Shown here: piece by piece, positions 32,897 to 44,499 of the stretch | How positions within the stretch are numbered: position 1 is the first letter of the stretch | Layout of the letters: every line of letters starts with the position of its first letter | Notes under the pieces: generated by a model | Seen by the model: only the letters and a program-made list of their open reading frames with translations | Database searches by the model: none | Told to the model about the DNA's origin: nothing | Made by a program: the position numbers and the translations under genes | Source: a virus | IMG/VR virus record: IMGVR_UViG_3300005613_000004 | DNA length: 64,000 bases | Direction: 5' to 3' (one strand)

Positions 32897-35800
32897 ATGA
32901 TACAGACTGGATTTGATTCTAGAGTTAAAATTCAACAAATTGTTGAAGGACAACTTCCAAGCTTTATATTGGATGAAAGTCCAAATGCATCCGAATTCTT
33001 AAAGCAATACTATATTTCTCAAGAATATCAAAGTGGACCAGTAGATTTAGCAGATAATCTTGATCAATATTTAAAGGTAGATAATTTAGTTCCTGAAGTA
33101 ATTGTAGATAGTACTACTCTTTCTTCGGATATTACTATAACAGATACTATTGTTACAGTAAGTAGTACAAAAGGATTTCCGAATGAATATGGTCTCCTCA
33201 AAATTGATAATGAAATTATTACATATACAGGTTTAACTACCAATACATTTACTGGTTGTATTCGCGGATTTAGTGGTGTAACCGATTATAAAAATAATAT
33301 TGGGCAAGGAGAGATTATTTTTTCCGAATCTGATGCTGATGCTCACAGTTCTGGAACATCAATTCAAAATTTAAGTTCTTTATTTTTAAAAGAATTTTAT
33401 AAAAAAATAAAATCTACATTTACTCCTGGATTTGAAGAATTAACTTTTGCAAAGAAAATTGATGCAGGAAATTTTATAAGAAGAGCAAGAGATTTTTATC
33501 AGGCAAAAGGTACTAATGAATCTATTCGTATATTATTCAATGTTCTTTATGGAGAAACACCACGAGTTATAAATCTTGAAGATTACTTAATTAAACCATC
33601 TGATGCTTCCTATATCAGGAGAGAAATTGTAATTGTAGAGTCTTTAACACCTGGTTCAAATCCACTAAACATTGAAGGGCAAACCATAGTAAAAAATACT
33701 GATCCTGATACAAATGCTGCGGTTTCCTCTGTAGAAATATTTGAAAGAGGTGGAGATATACTTTACAAGCTAGAACTATTCATTGGATATGATGGTATAT
33801 CTTCTGTTCAGGGTGATTTTACAATTACACCCAATAGTAAAGTTTTAGATAATGTTAGTATTGGATCTTCTATTATCAATGTAGACTCTACAATTGGATT
33901 TGATGAGTCTGGTGTAATTTTTTATAATGAAGATAGAATACCTTATACCAGCAAATCAGTCAATCAATTCTTTGGTTGTTCTGGAATAGTAACAAGTATT
34001 CCTATTGGTGAAAGTATTAGATCTAATGACACTTATTTTTCCTATGAAAATGGTGATTTAAGTAAGGTAATAGATTTCAGAATTCTTGGTATTTTATCAA
34101 GTGACATTAAAGAATTTAACAATTCATTCGCACAAGAAGATGAATTATTAAAAGTAAAAAATTTGGGAAGAAAAATAAATAATAATTCTAAAAATGAATT
34201 AGAAATTTTTGCAAATTCTTGGATATACAATACCAGCACTAGAAATGAAATATCTAATTCTAATGTTTTAACTTCTCCTATAGACAGGTCTAGTTTAAAA
34301 GTTGGTGACGAATTAAAATATTTGGAAAGAGGTGGTAAAGTAGAATTACCATCATCAAATACTTTTATTAGTGGAGTAGATATAACTTCAAATCAGTTGA
34401 CGATTGAAAATAAACCGACTATTGAACCGGATCAAAAGTATGATATAAGGAGAAAGGTAAATAGAGCTTCTAGTGATGGAACTGCAATTGAATTTGGTAA
34501 TTCGCAAGTAATTTCCGATGTATTAAACATCTATACTGACAATGATTATTATTATGTTTCATCAAATTCTTTACCATCTGAAGTTAAATCTGGTATTACA
34601 ACTACAAGTTATAGATTGAATATTCAAGAAAACATTAAAGAAGTTGGTATTGATACAACTGATAATTTGGGTGGCCTTACTAATAGTTTTTACTCTATTA
34701 TAAAATCTGATACAGATATTCCTTTTATTACTGGTGACAGGATATTTTATCAACCACAATCAATTCCTTTTGCTGGTTTAGAAACTGGTAGTTATTATGT
34801 AGAAATTTTAGAGAATCCAAAACAATTTAAATTATTTGCCTCTCCTGCTTTTATTGGATCTTCTAATAATTTGGAATTTATTCCCGATGAAAATAATTTT
34901 GGAGAACATACTTTCACATTAATTACTCAAAAAGATCGTGAAATCGGAGCACAAACTTTACTGAGAAGATTTCCATTAGAAAAAAATATTCAAAGATCTG
35001 GTGAAGAAGAAACTGTTCCAGGAACTACTGGAATGTTAATTAATGGTGTTGAAATACATAATTATAAATCAAATGATAAAATTTATTATGGACCTATTTC
35101 AAAAGCATCAGTTTTATCGAGTGGTCAGAATTATGATGTAATTAATCCCCCACATATTAGTGTATCAACTGGTGCCGGAACAACAGCAAAAATTCAACCA
35201 GTTGTTAGTGGAAAATTTGAAAAAGTATTTATTGATAAACAAGACTTTGATTTGGACCAAATTGTTTCAATTAATATTAGTGGTGGAAATGGACTTGGTG
35301 CAGTATTAGAACCAATAATTAAGAGAGAATCTAGATCTGTAATTTTTGATGCATCTAGATCTGTTGTGGGTGGCGGAATCAATACTTCTTTGAATATTAT
35401 TCAATTTACTACTGATCATAATTTTTTAAATGGTGAAGAAATTGTTTATAATTCCAATGGAAATGAGGAAATTCAATTAGAAGGAAGTTTAACGTTAGAA
35501 AATAATGCATCATATTATGCAGAAGTTATCAATAATAAATCAATTAAAATTTATAATTCATTATCGGATCAACAATCAGGAATAAATGAAATAAACATTG
35601 ATGGTGCTTCTTCAGGATTTCAAAATTTTAGAACTGCCTCCACTAAAAAGAAAATATCTTATATAAAAGTATTAAATGGTGGATCTGGATATACTAATAG
35701 AAAATTAATTGTAAATCCTAGTGGAATATCTACTACGAATAGTATCATTAAGTTTGAGAATCATGGATTTAAAAACGGAGAGTTGATAACATATACATAT

Positions 35801-38800
35801 GACTCTTCTTCGATAGGAATTAATTCAGAAAATCAATATTATGTATTAGAAGTTGATAGTGATCGATTTAGAATTTGTGATGCTGGTATTGGAGGAACAA
35901 ACAAAACAAATTTTGATAGGCAAAATTATGTTAGTTTTGCGTCATCAGGTTCTGGATATCAGTATTTTAATTATCCAAGTATTTCAGTTTCAATTGATTA
36001 TACACTTGCAGGTCTTGGAACAACTTCGCAAACAAAACAATCTTTAGTTGCAACACCATCAGTAAGAGGAAGTATTATTGATGCTTATGTATATGAAAAT
36101 GGAACTGGATATGGATCTACAATTTTAAATTATCAAAATAGACCAACTTATGAAATAAAAACAGGAAAAAGAGCTAGTGCATCTCCAATTGTAATAAATG
36201 GTCAGATTAATTCTATTATTGTACCTAACAATGGGGAAGAATATTTTTCAACTCCTGATATTGTTATTAATGGGGAGGGTACAGGAGCAGAAGCGAGAGC
36301 AATTATAGATACAACAACCCAAAAATTAACTGAAATTAAAGTTGTAAATTCTGGATTAGGATATACTTTTGGTACAACTACTATCGATGTTATTTCATCA
36401 GGATCTAATGCAGTATTAGAATTAGATGTAAGACCTCTTACGATTAATGATAATAACTTTAGATTTACTAATGGTGAAGTTATTCAAGAAAGTAATAATA
36501 AATTGCAATATTCAGTTTCTTCATATTTTGAAAATCTTAGAACTTCTTTCAACGAAAATGGATCTATATCCGGATTAATTGGATGGGCATATGATGGTAA
36601 TCCAATTTATGGGCACATTTCACATAGTGATCCAAATTCTTTAACCTCTTCGATTAAAACTTTACAATCTGGATATAAAGCAAATATATCTAATATTGAT
36701 GATAGACCAGTTGGATTTTCTAGTGGATTTTTTGTCGAAGATTATAAATTTGAAAATTCTGGGGATTTGGATGAATATAATGGTAGATTTGAAAAAACTG
36801 TAGAATTTCCAAATGGAAGATATGTATATCATGCAACTATTGATTCCACGACAAATTTACCATCATTTCCCTATTTTATTGGAAATAAGTATTATTCAAA
36901 GACAGTTAAAGATGATAATTTAAATCAATCTTTTAATTTTAATAATTCTAATCTTCAAAGAAATACTTTTCCATATAAAGTTGCAGAAAATGGATCTACA
37001 TACGAATTCTTTAATTTGGATATAAATGAAGCAAGAAATCAGAGGTCTACTGTCGAATCTATTTCATCAGGAGTTGTAGAGTCTTTCATTATCGAATCTC
37101 CAGGAAATGACTATAAAGTAGGAGACTCTTTGATATTTGATGATAAAGATACTTCAGGATCTGGTTTAAATGTAGAAGTTGGATCGATCTCTGGAAAAAA
37201 AATTACATCTATAGAATCAACAGAATTGAATTATTTTGATTCTATATTTACATGGAAATCATCGAACGAAGTTAAAGTATCTATTTTACCAAATCATAAT
37301 TTAAAAAACTCAGATTATGTCAATATTTCTGGATTTTCAACAAATTTAACAGAATTAAATGGAACTTTTCAAATAACTACACCTTCTTATCCAACTGCTA
37401 GATGCCTTTCTTCGATTACTAGTGCTTCTGCAGGGTTTACTACTGAAATATACGTTTCTTCAATACCTGATGTTTCTATTGGTAGTAGTATCATCATTGA
37501 TTCGGAGTATTTAAAGATTTTAGATATATACAAAAATGATAATATTCTCAGAATTGAAAGAGGTTCTTCCGGAGTTTCTCACACAGTAGGAACTGCAGTA
37601 ACTTTTGTTCCAGACTCATTTACAATTTCAAAATCTTTAAATAAATTTGATTCTAAAATACAAAAAAAAGTATTTTTTAATCCAAAAGAATCTTTAGGTA
37701 TAGGAACAATATCTGGAATAGGAACTAGCGTAACTTTTAATTTTGGAAATATTACAATTACTAGAGATATCCCTACACAAAAAATTTACTTAGAAAATAA
37801 CCCTTTTACAAGTAATGAAGAAATTACATACACATCTACTGGATCACTTATTCAAGTATCTACTGATGGATCCAATACTTCTAATCTAGTATCAGGAACT
37901 AATTTATTTGTAGTTAGAAAAAATAATAATTTAATTGGTTTAAAAACTTCTATATCAGGATCTGAACTATTTTTTCATACAAATGGTGATGATGTTGATA
38001 ATCAATATCAATTTGAAAGTAATTATTCTCAAATCTTAGGAGATGTTCAAAAAATAACTTCCACAATTTCTGTTTCCACTCCACATAATCTCAATCAGGG
38101 GGATATTGTTACTCTTGATGTAAAATCTGGACTTTCTACTGAAGTTAGTGTGATTTATAAATCGTACATTAATAATATTGTAATCAATCCAATCACATTC
38201 AATTCTACAGGAGTAAACACCACAACAAATGAAATCACTATTCCAAATCATAATTTAGAAACAGGTAATAAAGTATTTTATGAAGATTCTACTAATTCTG
38301 CAGTAAATAATAATTCATATTATATTTACAAAGTAAATCAAAATAAAATTAAACTTTGCGAAACTTATATCGATTCTCAGAAGAATCCGCCAACGGTTGT
38401 GAGTTTCGGTTCTACTGGAGGATCTTCCCAAGAATTATCACTAATCAATCCAAGATTGAATCCAATCAAAAATAATGATCTAACTTTTGATTTATCAGAT
38501 TCTAGTTTAACTGGATATAATTTTAAAATCTATTATGATAATGATTTTAATAATGAATTTGTATCTACAGGATCTACAAGTTCATTTGTAGTTTCCACAG
38601 GATCTTCTTCTTTAACAATAAACTATAATAATGATATTCCAGAGGTTCTATACTATACTTTAGAATCTAATGGTAAAGCATTAAATTCTGATTTTGATGT
38701 AAAAGATTACTCTCAGATAAAATATACTAATAGCATATATAATAATTCTTATGAAGTAATAGGAATTGCTGAAACAACATTTAATGTCAATCTAATCAAA

Positions 38801-41800
38801 TCTTCAGAGAAATCTTCATACATATCTTCAGAATCTGATGTTTTGGAATATTCCACCACTTCATTAACTGCAAGTGGACCCGTAAAAACCCTAAGAAAAA
38901 TTTCATCCGGCCAAAATTATAAGAAATTACCTATACTAGATTCAGTCAAAACTGATGCGGGCAGCAATTTAGTTGTAAGTTTAAAGTCCAAATCTGTTGG
39001 AAAAATACAATCCATTAAAATAATAAACAATAAGTATGAATATTCTTCTGATAATACTTTAAGACCTTCGGCAGATATTTCACCCATTTTAAAAGTTAAA
39101 GATTCTAATACTATTGGAATTATTTCAGTCACTGATGGTGGAACTGGTTATGTTAGTCCTCCTGATATTGGAATTGCAGATTTAAAAACAGGAGAAAAAA
39201 TAGATTCTGGATTTTTAGAAGCTAACTTATCTGGATCAGCAATTTCTTCTATCAATATAGTTAAACTTCCCACAGGTCTTCCGGACAGTGGAACTAAAAT
39301 TTTTGCGGCAAATAATAGTAATGGAGTAACAATTCGTGAAGTAGAGTCTTCTAATACGGGTATATTTACTTGTTTAATTCAAACACCAATTTTAGGATTT
39401 CCAACAACAGGTATTGCAACTCAACCTGTTGATATTGGTGATGAAGTTTTCATTGAGGGAATACAAAAATTAGGTACTGGTGGAGATGGATTTAATTCGG
39501 AAGATTATGGATATGCTTTTTTCCCTGTAATCAATTATACTAAAGGAATCAATGATAAAGTAACTATTGATATATCAAATCTTACTTCAAATACTGGGAT
39601 TGCTGTAACCATTCAAGATGGAACTGGAAGTTTGATTAATAAAGATAAATATCCCACTTTCTTAGTAATTCAAGAAAATAAATCGTTTTTTATTGGTGAA
39701 AAAATAATTTCTAATAATATCATAAGAGATTTAGAGGTAATTGAAAGCAGCGGCACTTCCTTAAAATTATTAGGAACTTATGAATTATCTCTAAATGAGG
39801 TAATTACAGGAAAAAACTCCGGAAATACTGCTACTATTTCATTAATAGAAGATAATTCTGGAATTTATCAAGTTAATTATTCAAATAAAAAAAATATTGG
39901 TTGGGAAACTGATACAGGAAAGTTAAGTGAAGATTTTCAAGTTACTCCAAATAATGATTATTATCAAAATTTATCATATTCTATTCAAAGCTCTAAGACA
40001 TATATTGAACAAGATTCTCCAGTAAATAGTCTTGTTCATATTTCTGGAATGCGTAACTTTGCCGATACTGGAATAACATCATCAGTATCGGCAGGAATAG
40101 ATACTAATATTCCACCAGAGAGTGCAACTACAATCTTAGTTTCTTTAGTTGATGAAAAAAGAGTAGATACTATCAATAACCTTGATTTAGTTACTGATGT
40201 AGATGTGGTAAATTCAACTTCAAAATATATTAGATTTGAAAATTTGAAATTGACTGATAGTGTCGAATTAATATCAAATGATGTGTTAAGAATTGATGAT
40301 ATTAGTTCATTATTTTCAAATAGTGAATCGGAAACTACCACATTTACTGATTTGATTAATTTCGATAATCAAAAATATCAAAGATTTATATTTAGAATTA
40401 CTAGTGAAAATAGGTTAGAAATTCAACTCATAGAAATCATCATTTTAAACGATGATGGCAGTTTTTATATTGTAGAAAAATCCTCCCTTTCAAATACAAA
40501 TAATCCTAAAGGATACGGTGATATTGATATTGTTGAAGATGAGTTTGGATCTTCTTCTTTAAGATTTAATCCAGAAGATAAGTTTAATACAAACTATGAT
40601 ATCAAATTTATTGGTGAAAATATTATAACACAAACATCTGGGATTGGGACAACAGAATCTATTGGATTTATAGACTTGTCAAGTTATGATAATACCATTA
40701 CTGGATTAGCATCAACAACGATTGTGGAATTAGATTCTGATAAATTTAAATCATTATATGTAAATACTATCGTTACAAATGATGTTACAAAGGAATTAAA
40801 CTTTGTAAGATTATATGTAAGTCATAATGATACGGATACATTCATATCTGAATATTATACGGATACTAGCAGTTTTTCATCTTTTGCTGGTAATCAAATA
40901 GGATCATTCGGATCGAATTTGACTGGTGGATTATTAACACTATCGTTCGAAAATGATATTTCTTCTGATGTCAGTATTGAAACTCAAATCGTTGGATTTG
41001 GAACTACTGCAGTTGGAGTAGGCACTTATAGATTTATTATTGATGGTCAAATTCCGGGAAATGAAAGAAGTGCAGTTTATGAGTCTAAATTTTATTCTAC
41101 ATTTTCTGCCACACCAATAACTGTTTTATCTTTAGATCAGAACTTATTCAATGCATCAAAAGCACTGATTGAAATTGGTATTGGAACTTCAAAAGCTCTT
41201 CATGAAATATATGCAATTCATGATTCTTCAGATTCTTATATTTTACAAGGACCATTTCTATCAATAAATGATTTTACCGGAATTGGGACATTTGGAGCAA
41301 ATTTAACTGCAGGTAATTTCATAATTACTTTTTATCCAGATGCATCTCAAACTGGAAATATTGATGTATCTGTTTTCAGTAAATCATTATACACCGCATT
41401 AGATAATTTAAATGATCCTGATCCCCTAAAATATGGAATAATTTCTGAAGAAATTGATTATAGATTTTACAACGCACCAAATCTCAGTAGAATTAATAGG
41501 AAGAACTTTACTCCAAATATTAACAATGTTCCGATCTTCAAAAAAACATTTAATCCCTCAGATACATCTGTATTAAATTCAGAAACTGGAATATTTACTA
41601 TCAGTAATCACTTCTTCAGAACCGGAGAAAAATTAACTTATATTCCAAAATCAACTTTTGTTGGTATTGGAACTAGTGCAATGAAATATACTTCTTCCGA
41701 TGAACTTCCATCAGAAGTGTATGCGATTAAAGTAGATGAAAATAATTTTAAGATTGCTGTTAGTGAATCTGATGCAAATAATGGAACTGGTGTTACTTTT

Positions 41801-44476
41801 TCATCTGTTGGTGAGGGAAATGCTCATAGTTTCTCTATGACAAATGAAAATAGTAAGGCAATAATAACAATTGATGATTTAGTTCAATATCCAATTGCTT
41901 TTACAAAAGTAAGTCATACTCTAGATGGTAACGATAGTGGAGGAATTGGAATAGCAAATACCTTCATTTCACTCAGTGGAATATCTACAGTTAATCCATT
42001 AGATTTTCTTAGAATTGATGACGAATATGTAAGAGTATTGAATGTTGGGTTGGGCACAACTGCTTCCGGACCAATCACAAATTCTGGTTCTTTAAATTTA
42101 GTTGAAGTTGAAAGAGGATCTGTAGGTTCTTCACCATCATCTCATACCGATTCTACAGTTGCTAGAGTATATAAGGGTGCTTATAACATTACTGACGGAG
42201 AAATTGTTTTTGCAGATGCTCCAAGAGGAAATCCACAAATTACAAAAACAAAATATAATTTAGATTTTGAAACATCATCTTTTACCGGAAGAGTATTTTT
42301 AAGATCTGATTATACAACCAATAAAGTTTATGATGATATTTCTGATGAATTTACTGGAATTGGAAGAACATTTAATTTAAAAGTTGGAGGTGCAAATACT
42401 ACTGGTATTGGAACTATCGGTGGAAGTGGACTTGTTTTTATAAACAGCATTTATCAATCTCCCGTAACTGATAATAATCCTTTGCTTAGAGATTCAAATT
42501 ACACCATTATAGAAGATACAACTGTAGGAATAACAACTCTTATTTTTTCTGGAATAACAGTACCAGATACAGATCCTTTAGAGTATATTTCAGATGATAC
42601 TGATGTTAATGTAAATGAAACTCCAAGAGGTGGAATTATCGTTTCTCTTGGATCTTCATCTGGAAGAGGTTTTGCACCCCTTGTAGGTGCTTCTGTAACA
42701 GCTACAACAACTGGTGGGGCAATTACAGGAATCAATACTGATTTTGAAGGAGGAACATATGGTTCTGGATATAATGGAATTGGTGGAATTGGTGTGACGG
42801 TATTTGAGTCTGGACATACAGGAAATACTGCACTAATTAGTGCTACCGTTGGTGTAGGAGGATCTGTAATACTTTCAATTGATGATCCTGGTTCTGGTTA
42901 TAACAATCCAGAAGTATTCATTTCAGATCCATCATATAGTAATTTAGAAGTAATTGGTGTATCTAGACTTAGTTTAGGATCGACCACAGAGTCAGGAATT
43001 GGTCTTTTAGTTGATTTAGAAGTTGGACCAGAAGTTGGAATTGGTTCTACACTATTTACTGTGTCAGACTTTAGAATTTCAAGAAATGGATATTCATTTA
43101 GAAAGGGAGATGTCATTAAACCTGTTGGTTTAGTAACCGCTGCAGGATTATCTGCTCCCATTGAAGAATTTACTTTAACTGTTTTAGAAACATTTCAAGA
43201 TTCTTTTTCTGCTTGGGAGTTTGGTGAATTAGATTATATTGATTCTATTAAAAACTATCAAAATGGTACAAGAACCAGATTTCCATTATTTTATAATGGT
43301 GAAATATTATCCATTGAGAATCCAAATGAAAATATTGATATAAAGAGCACTTTATTAATTTTTATTAATGGAATCCTCCAAGATCCAGGAGTATCTTATG
43401 ATTTTAAAGGTGGAACAAGTTTTATTTTTACAACTGCACCTCTTCCAGAAGATAATATAGAAATTTATTTCTATAGGGGTGTTGATGGTACTGATGCAAT
43501 TTTATCAACAGGAGTTGATGAAATAATTCAAAGGGGTGATAAGGTACAAATAATCAAAAATAATGAATATCCAGATATACCCACTCAAGATATTAGAACT
43601 GTATTTGATGTCTCATTCTCAGATAAAATTGAAACACAATCTTATACAAATCAAGGAATTGATGAAATTAATCCCAGACCTATTTCTCTGATTAAACAAA
43701 AAACTGATAAATTTATTAATGGAGAACTTGTTTACAAAACAAGAGATTCTATCGAAGGTCTAGTATTTCCAGTGGCCAGGATTATTGGTGACTTATCAAC
43801 AACTGATAATCAAATATTTGTTGATAACACATCTCTCTTTGAATATGAAGATGAAACTCCAGGATTTACAAATCCATCTACACCCTTTGATGCAATAGTT
43901 GTAGATGGTATTTCCACAACATCTTCCGGTTCCGTAGAAAATATAAAAACTTTCGTCAATGTTATTGGATTTTCTGGTATTGTTACTGGAATTACTACCT
44001 CTGCAGGAACAGGATCTAATCCACTTGCCATAGTATTTAATATTTATTCAGATTCATTTACTGGATTATCTACAGGATATCCAATTTATATTTTCGATAC
44101 ATCTACTATTGATGGAGTTACATCAATCTATAATTCAGATTCTGAAATTGTTGGAATTGGAACTACATTTGCTGATTGTGTATATAATATATCAGATTGG
44201 TCAGTTGATTCTACGGGATTTATTGGTATTCTTACTTGTAATGTAAAATCTGATACTAATGTTATTGGTATCGATACTTCAGGATCAGTTAATAATCCTG
44301 TAGGAAGATATTCCTGGGGAAGATTATCCAATTTAACTTCTGGTTTGGGAAGATCAAACCCAATTGCTATTGGTGTTTCTGGAAAAACAGTTTCAGGTCT
44401 TTCCTCATATCCAATAATTCAGAGAAGATCAGTTGGAATTAGAACGACTGGAGCACTTCCAAAAATTGTGGTATAA
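32897..44476 (+). CDS. gp7: Giant baseplate wedge initiator (gp7-like), 3859 aa
   Basis: Position between gp6 and gp8; FYQAKGT, IGWAYDGNPIYG, HISG motifs; many G.GY repeats. Confidence 0.75.
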   Translation: MIQTGFDSRVKIQQIVEGQLPSFILDESPNASEFLKQYYISQEYQSGPVDLADNLDQYLKVDNLVPEVIVDSTTLSSDITITDTIVTVSSTKGFPNEYGLLKIDNEIITYTGLTTNTFTGCIRGFSGVTDYKNNIGQGEIIFSESDADAHSSGTSIQNLSSLFLKEFYKKIKSTFTPGFEELTFAKKIDAGNFIRRARDFYQAKGTNESIRILFNVLYGETPRVINLEDYLIKPSDASYIRREIVIVESLTPGSNPLNIEGQTIVKNTDPDTNAAVSSVEIFERGGDILYKLELFIGYDGISSVQGDFTITPNSKVLDNVSIGSSIINVDSTIGFDESGVIFYNEDRIPYTSKSVNQFFGCSGIVTSIPIGESIRSNDTYFSYENGDLSKVIDFRILGILSSDIKEFNNSFAQEDELLKVKNLGRKINNNSKNELEIFANSWIYNTSTRNEISNSNVLTSPIDRSSLKVGDELKYLERGGKVELPSSNTFISGVDITSNQLTIENKPTIEPDQKYDIRRKVNRASSDGTAIEFGNSQVISDVLNIYTDNDYYYVSSNSLPSEVKSGITTTSYRLNIQENIKEVGIDTTDNLGGLTNSFYSIIKSDTDIPFITGDRIFYQPQSIPFAGLETGSYYVEILENPKQFKLFASPAFIGSSNNLEFIPDENNFGEHTFTLITQKDREIGAQTLLRRFPLEKNIQRSGEEETVPGTTGMLINGVEIHNYKSNDKIYYGPISKASVLSSGQNYDVINPPHISVSTGAGTTAKIQPVVSGKFEKVFIDKQDFDLDQIVSINISGGNGLGAVLEPIIKRESRSVIFDASRSVVGGGINTSLNIIQFTTDHNFLNGEEIVYNSNGNEEIQLEGSLTLENNASYYAEVINNKSIKIYNSLSDQQSGINEINIDGASSGFQNFRTASTKKKISYIKVLNGGSGYTNRKLIVNPSGISTTNSIIKFENHGFKNGELITYTYDSSSIGINSENQYYVLEVDSDRFRICDAGIGGTNKTNFDRQNYVSFASSGSGYQYFNYPSISVSIDYTLAGLGTTSQTKQSLVATPSVRGSIIDAYVYENGTGYGSTILNYQNRPTYEIKTGKRASASPIVINGQINSIIVPNNGEEYFSTPDIVINGEGTGAEARAIIDTTTQKLTEIKVVNSGLGYTFGTTTIDVISSGSNAVLELDVRPLTINDNNFRFTNGEVIQESNNKLQYSVSSYFENLRTSFNENGSISGLIGWAYDGNPIYGHISHSDPNSLTSSIKTLQSGYKANISNIDDRPVGFSSGFFVEDYKFENSGDLDEYNGRFEKTVEFPNGRYVYHATIDSTTNLPSFPYFIGNKYYSKTVKDDNLNQSFNFNNSNLQRNTFPYKVAENGSTYEFFNLDINEARNQRSTVESISSGVVESFIIESPGNDYKVGDSLIFDDKDTSGSGLNVEVGSISGKKITSIESTELNYFDSIFTWKSSNEVKVSILPNHNLKNSDYVNISGFSTNLTELNGTFQITTPSYPTARCLSSITSASAGFTTEIYVSSIPDVSIGSSIIIDSEYLKILDIYKNDNILRIERGSSGVSHTVGTAVTFVPDSFTISKSLNKFDSKIQKKVFFNPKESLGIGTISGIGTSVTFNFGNITITRDIPTQKIYLENNPFTSNEEITYTSTGSLIQVSTDGSNTSNLVSGTNLFVVRKNNNLIGLKTSISGSELFFHTNGDDVDNQYQFESNYSQILGDVQKITSTISVSTPHNLNQGDIVTLDVKSGLSTEVSVIYKSYINNIVINPITFNSTGVNTTTNEITIPNHNLETGNKVFYEDSTNSAVNNNSYYIYKVNQNKIKLCETYIDSQKNPPTVVSFGSTGGSSQELSLINPRLNPIKNNDLTFDLSDSSLTGYNFKIYYDNDFNNEFVSTGSTSSFVVSTGSSSLTINYNNDIPEVLYYTLESNGKALNSDFDVKDYSQIKYTNSIYNNSYEVIGIAETTFNVNLIKSSEKSSYISSESDVLEYSTTSLTASGPVKTLRKISSGQNYKKLPILDSVKTDAGSNLVVSLKSKSVGKIQSIKIINNKYEYSSDNTLRPSADISPILKVKDSNTIGIISVTDGGTGYVSPPDIGIADLKTGEKIDSGFLEANLSGSAISSINIVKLPTGLPDSGTKIFAANNSNGVTIREVESSNTGIFTCLIQTPILGFPTTGIATQPVDIGDEVFIEGIQKLGTGGDGFNSEDYGYAFFPVINYTKGINDKVTIDISNLTSNTGIAVTIQDGTGSLINKDKYPTFLVIQENKSFFIGEKIISNNIIRDLEVIESSGTSLKLLGTYELSLNEVITGKNSGNTATISLIEDNSGIYQVNYSNKKNIGWETDTGKLSEDFQVTPNNDYYQNLSYSIQSSKTYIEQDSPVNSLVHISGMRNFADTGITSSVSAGIDTNIPPESATTILVSLVDEKRVDTINNLDLVTDVDVVNSTSKYIRFENLKLTDSVELISNDVLRIDDISSLFSNSESETTTFTDLINFDNQKYQRFIFRITSENRLEIQLIEIIILNDDGSFYIVEKSSLSNTNNPKGYGDIDIVEDEFGSSSLRFNPEDKFNTNYDIKFIGENIITQTSGIGTTESIGFIDLSSYDNTITGLASTTIVELDSDKFKSLYVNTIVTNDVTKELNFVRLYVSHNDTDTFISEYYTDTSSFSSFAGNQIGSFGSNLTGGLLTLSFENDISSDVSIETQIVGFGTTAVGVGTYRFIIDGQIPGNERSAVYESKFYSTFSATPITVLSLDQNLFNASKALIEIGIGTSKALHEIYAIHDSSDSYILQGPFLSINDFTGIGTFGANLTAGNFIITFYPDASQTGNIDVSVFSKSLYTALDNLNDPDPLKYGIISEEIDYRFYNAPNLSRINRKNFTPNINNVPIFKKTFNPSDTSVLNSETGIFTISNHFFRTGEKLTYIPKSTFVGIGTSAMKYTSSDELPSEVYAIKVDENNFKIAVSESDANNGTGVTFSSVGEGNAHSFSMTNENSKAIITIDDLVQYPIAFTKVSHTLDGNDSGGIGIANTFISLSGISTVNPLDFLRIDDEYVRVLNVGLGTTASGPITNSGSLNLVEVERGSVGSSPSSHTDSTVARVYKGAYNITDGEIVFADAPRGNPQITKTKYNLDFETSSFTGRVFLRSDYTTNKVYDDISDEFTGIGRTFNLKVGGANTTGIGTIGGSGLVFINSIYQSPVTDNNPLLRDSNYTIIEDTTVGITTLIFSGITVPDTDPLEYISDDTDVNVNETPRGGIIVSLGSSSGRGFAPLVGASVTATTTGGAITGINTDFEGGTYGSGYNGIGGIGVTVFESGHTGNTALISATVGVGGSVILSIDDPGSGYNNPEVFISDPSYSNLEVIGVSRLSLGSTTESGIGLLVDLEVGPEVGIGSTLFTVSDFRISRNGYSFRKGDVIKPVGLVTAAGLSAPIEEFTLTVLETFQDSFSAWEFGELDYIDSIKNYQNGTRTRFPLFYNGEILSIENPNENIDIKSTLLIFINGILQDPGVSYDFKGGTSFIFTTAPLPEDNIEIYFYRGVDGTDAILSTGVDEIIQRGDKVQIIKNNEYPDIPTQDIRTVFDVSFSDKIETQSYTNQGIDEINPRPISLIKQKTDKFINGELVYKTRDSIEGLVFPVARIIGDLSTTDNQIFVDNTSLFEYEDETPGFTNPSTPFDAIVVDGISTTSSGSVENIKTFVNVIGFSGIVTGITTSAGTGSNPLAIVFNIYSDSFTGLSTGYPIYIFDTSTIDGVTSIYNSDSEIVGIGTTFADCVYNISDWSVDSTGFIGILTCNVKSDTNVIGIDTSGSVNNPVGRYSWGRLSNLTSGLGRSNPIAIGVSGKTVSGLSSYPIIQRRSVGIRTTGALPKIVV

Positions 44477-44479
44477 ATA
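44472..44479 (+). promoter_or_regulatory. T4-type late promoter
   Basis: TATAAATA upstream of gp8. Confidence 0.8.
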
Positions 44480-44499
44480 TCTAAAAAATAGTTAAAATA

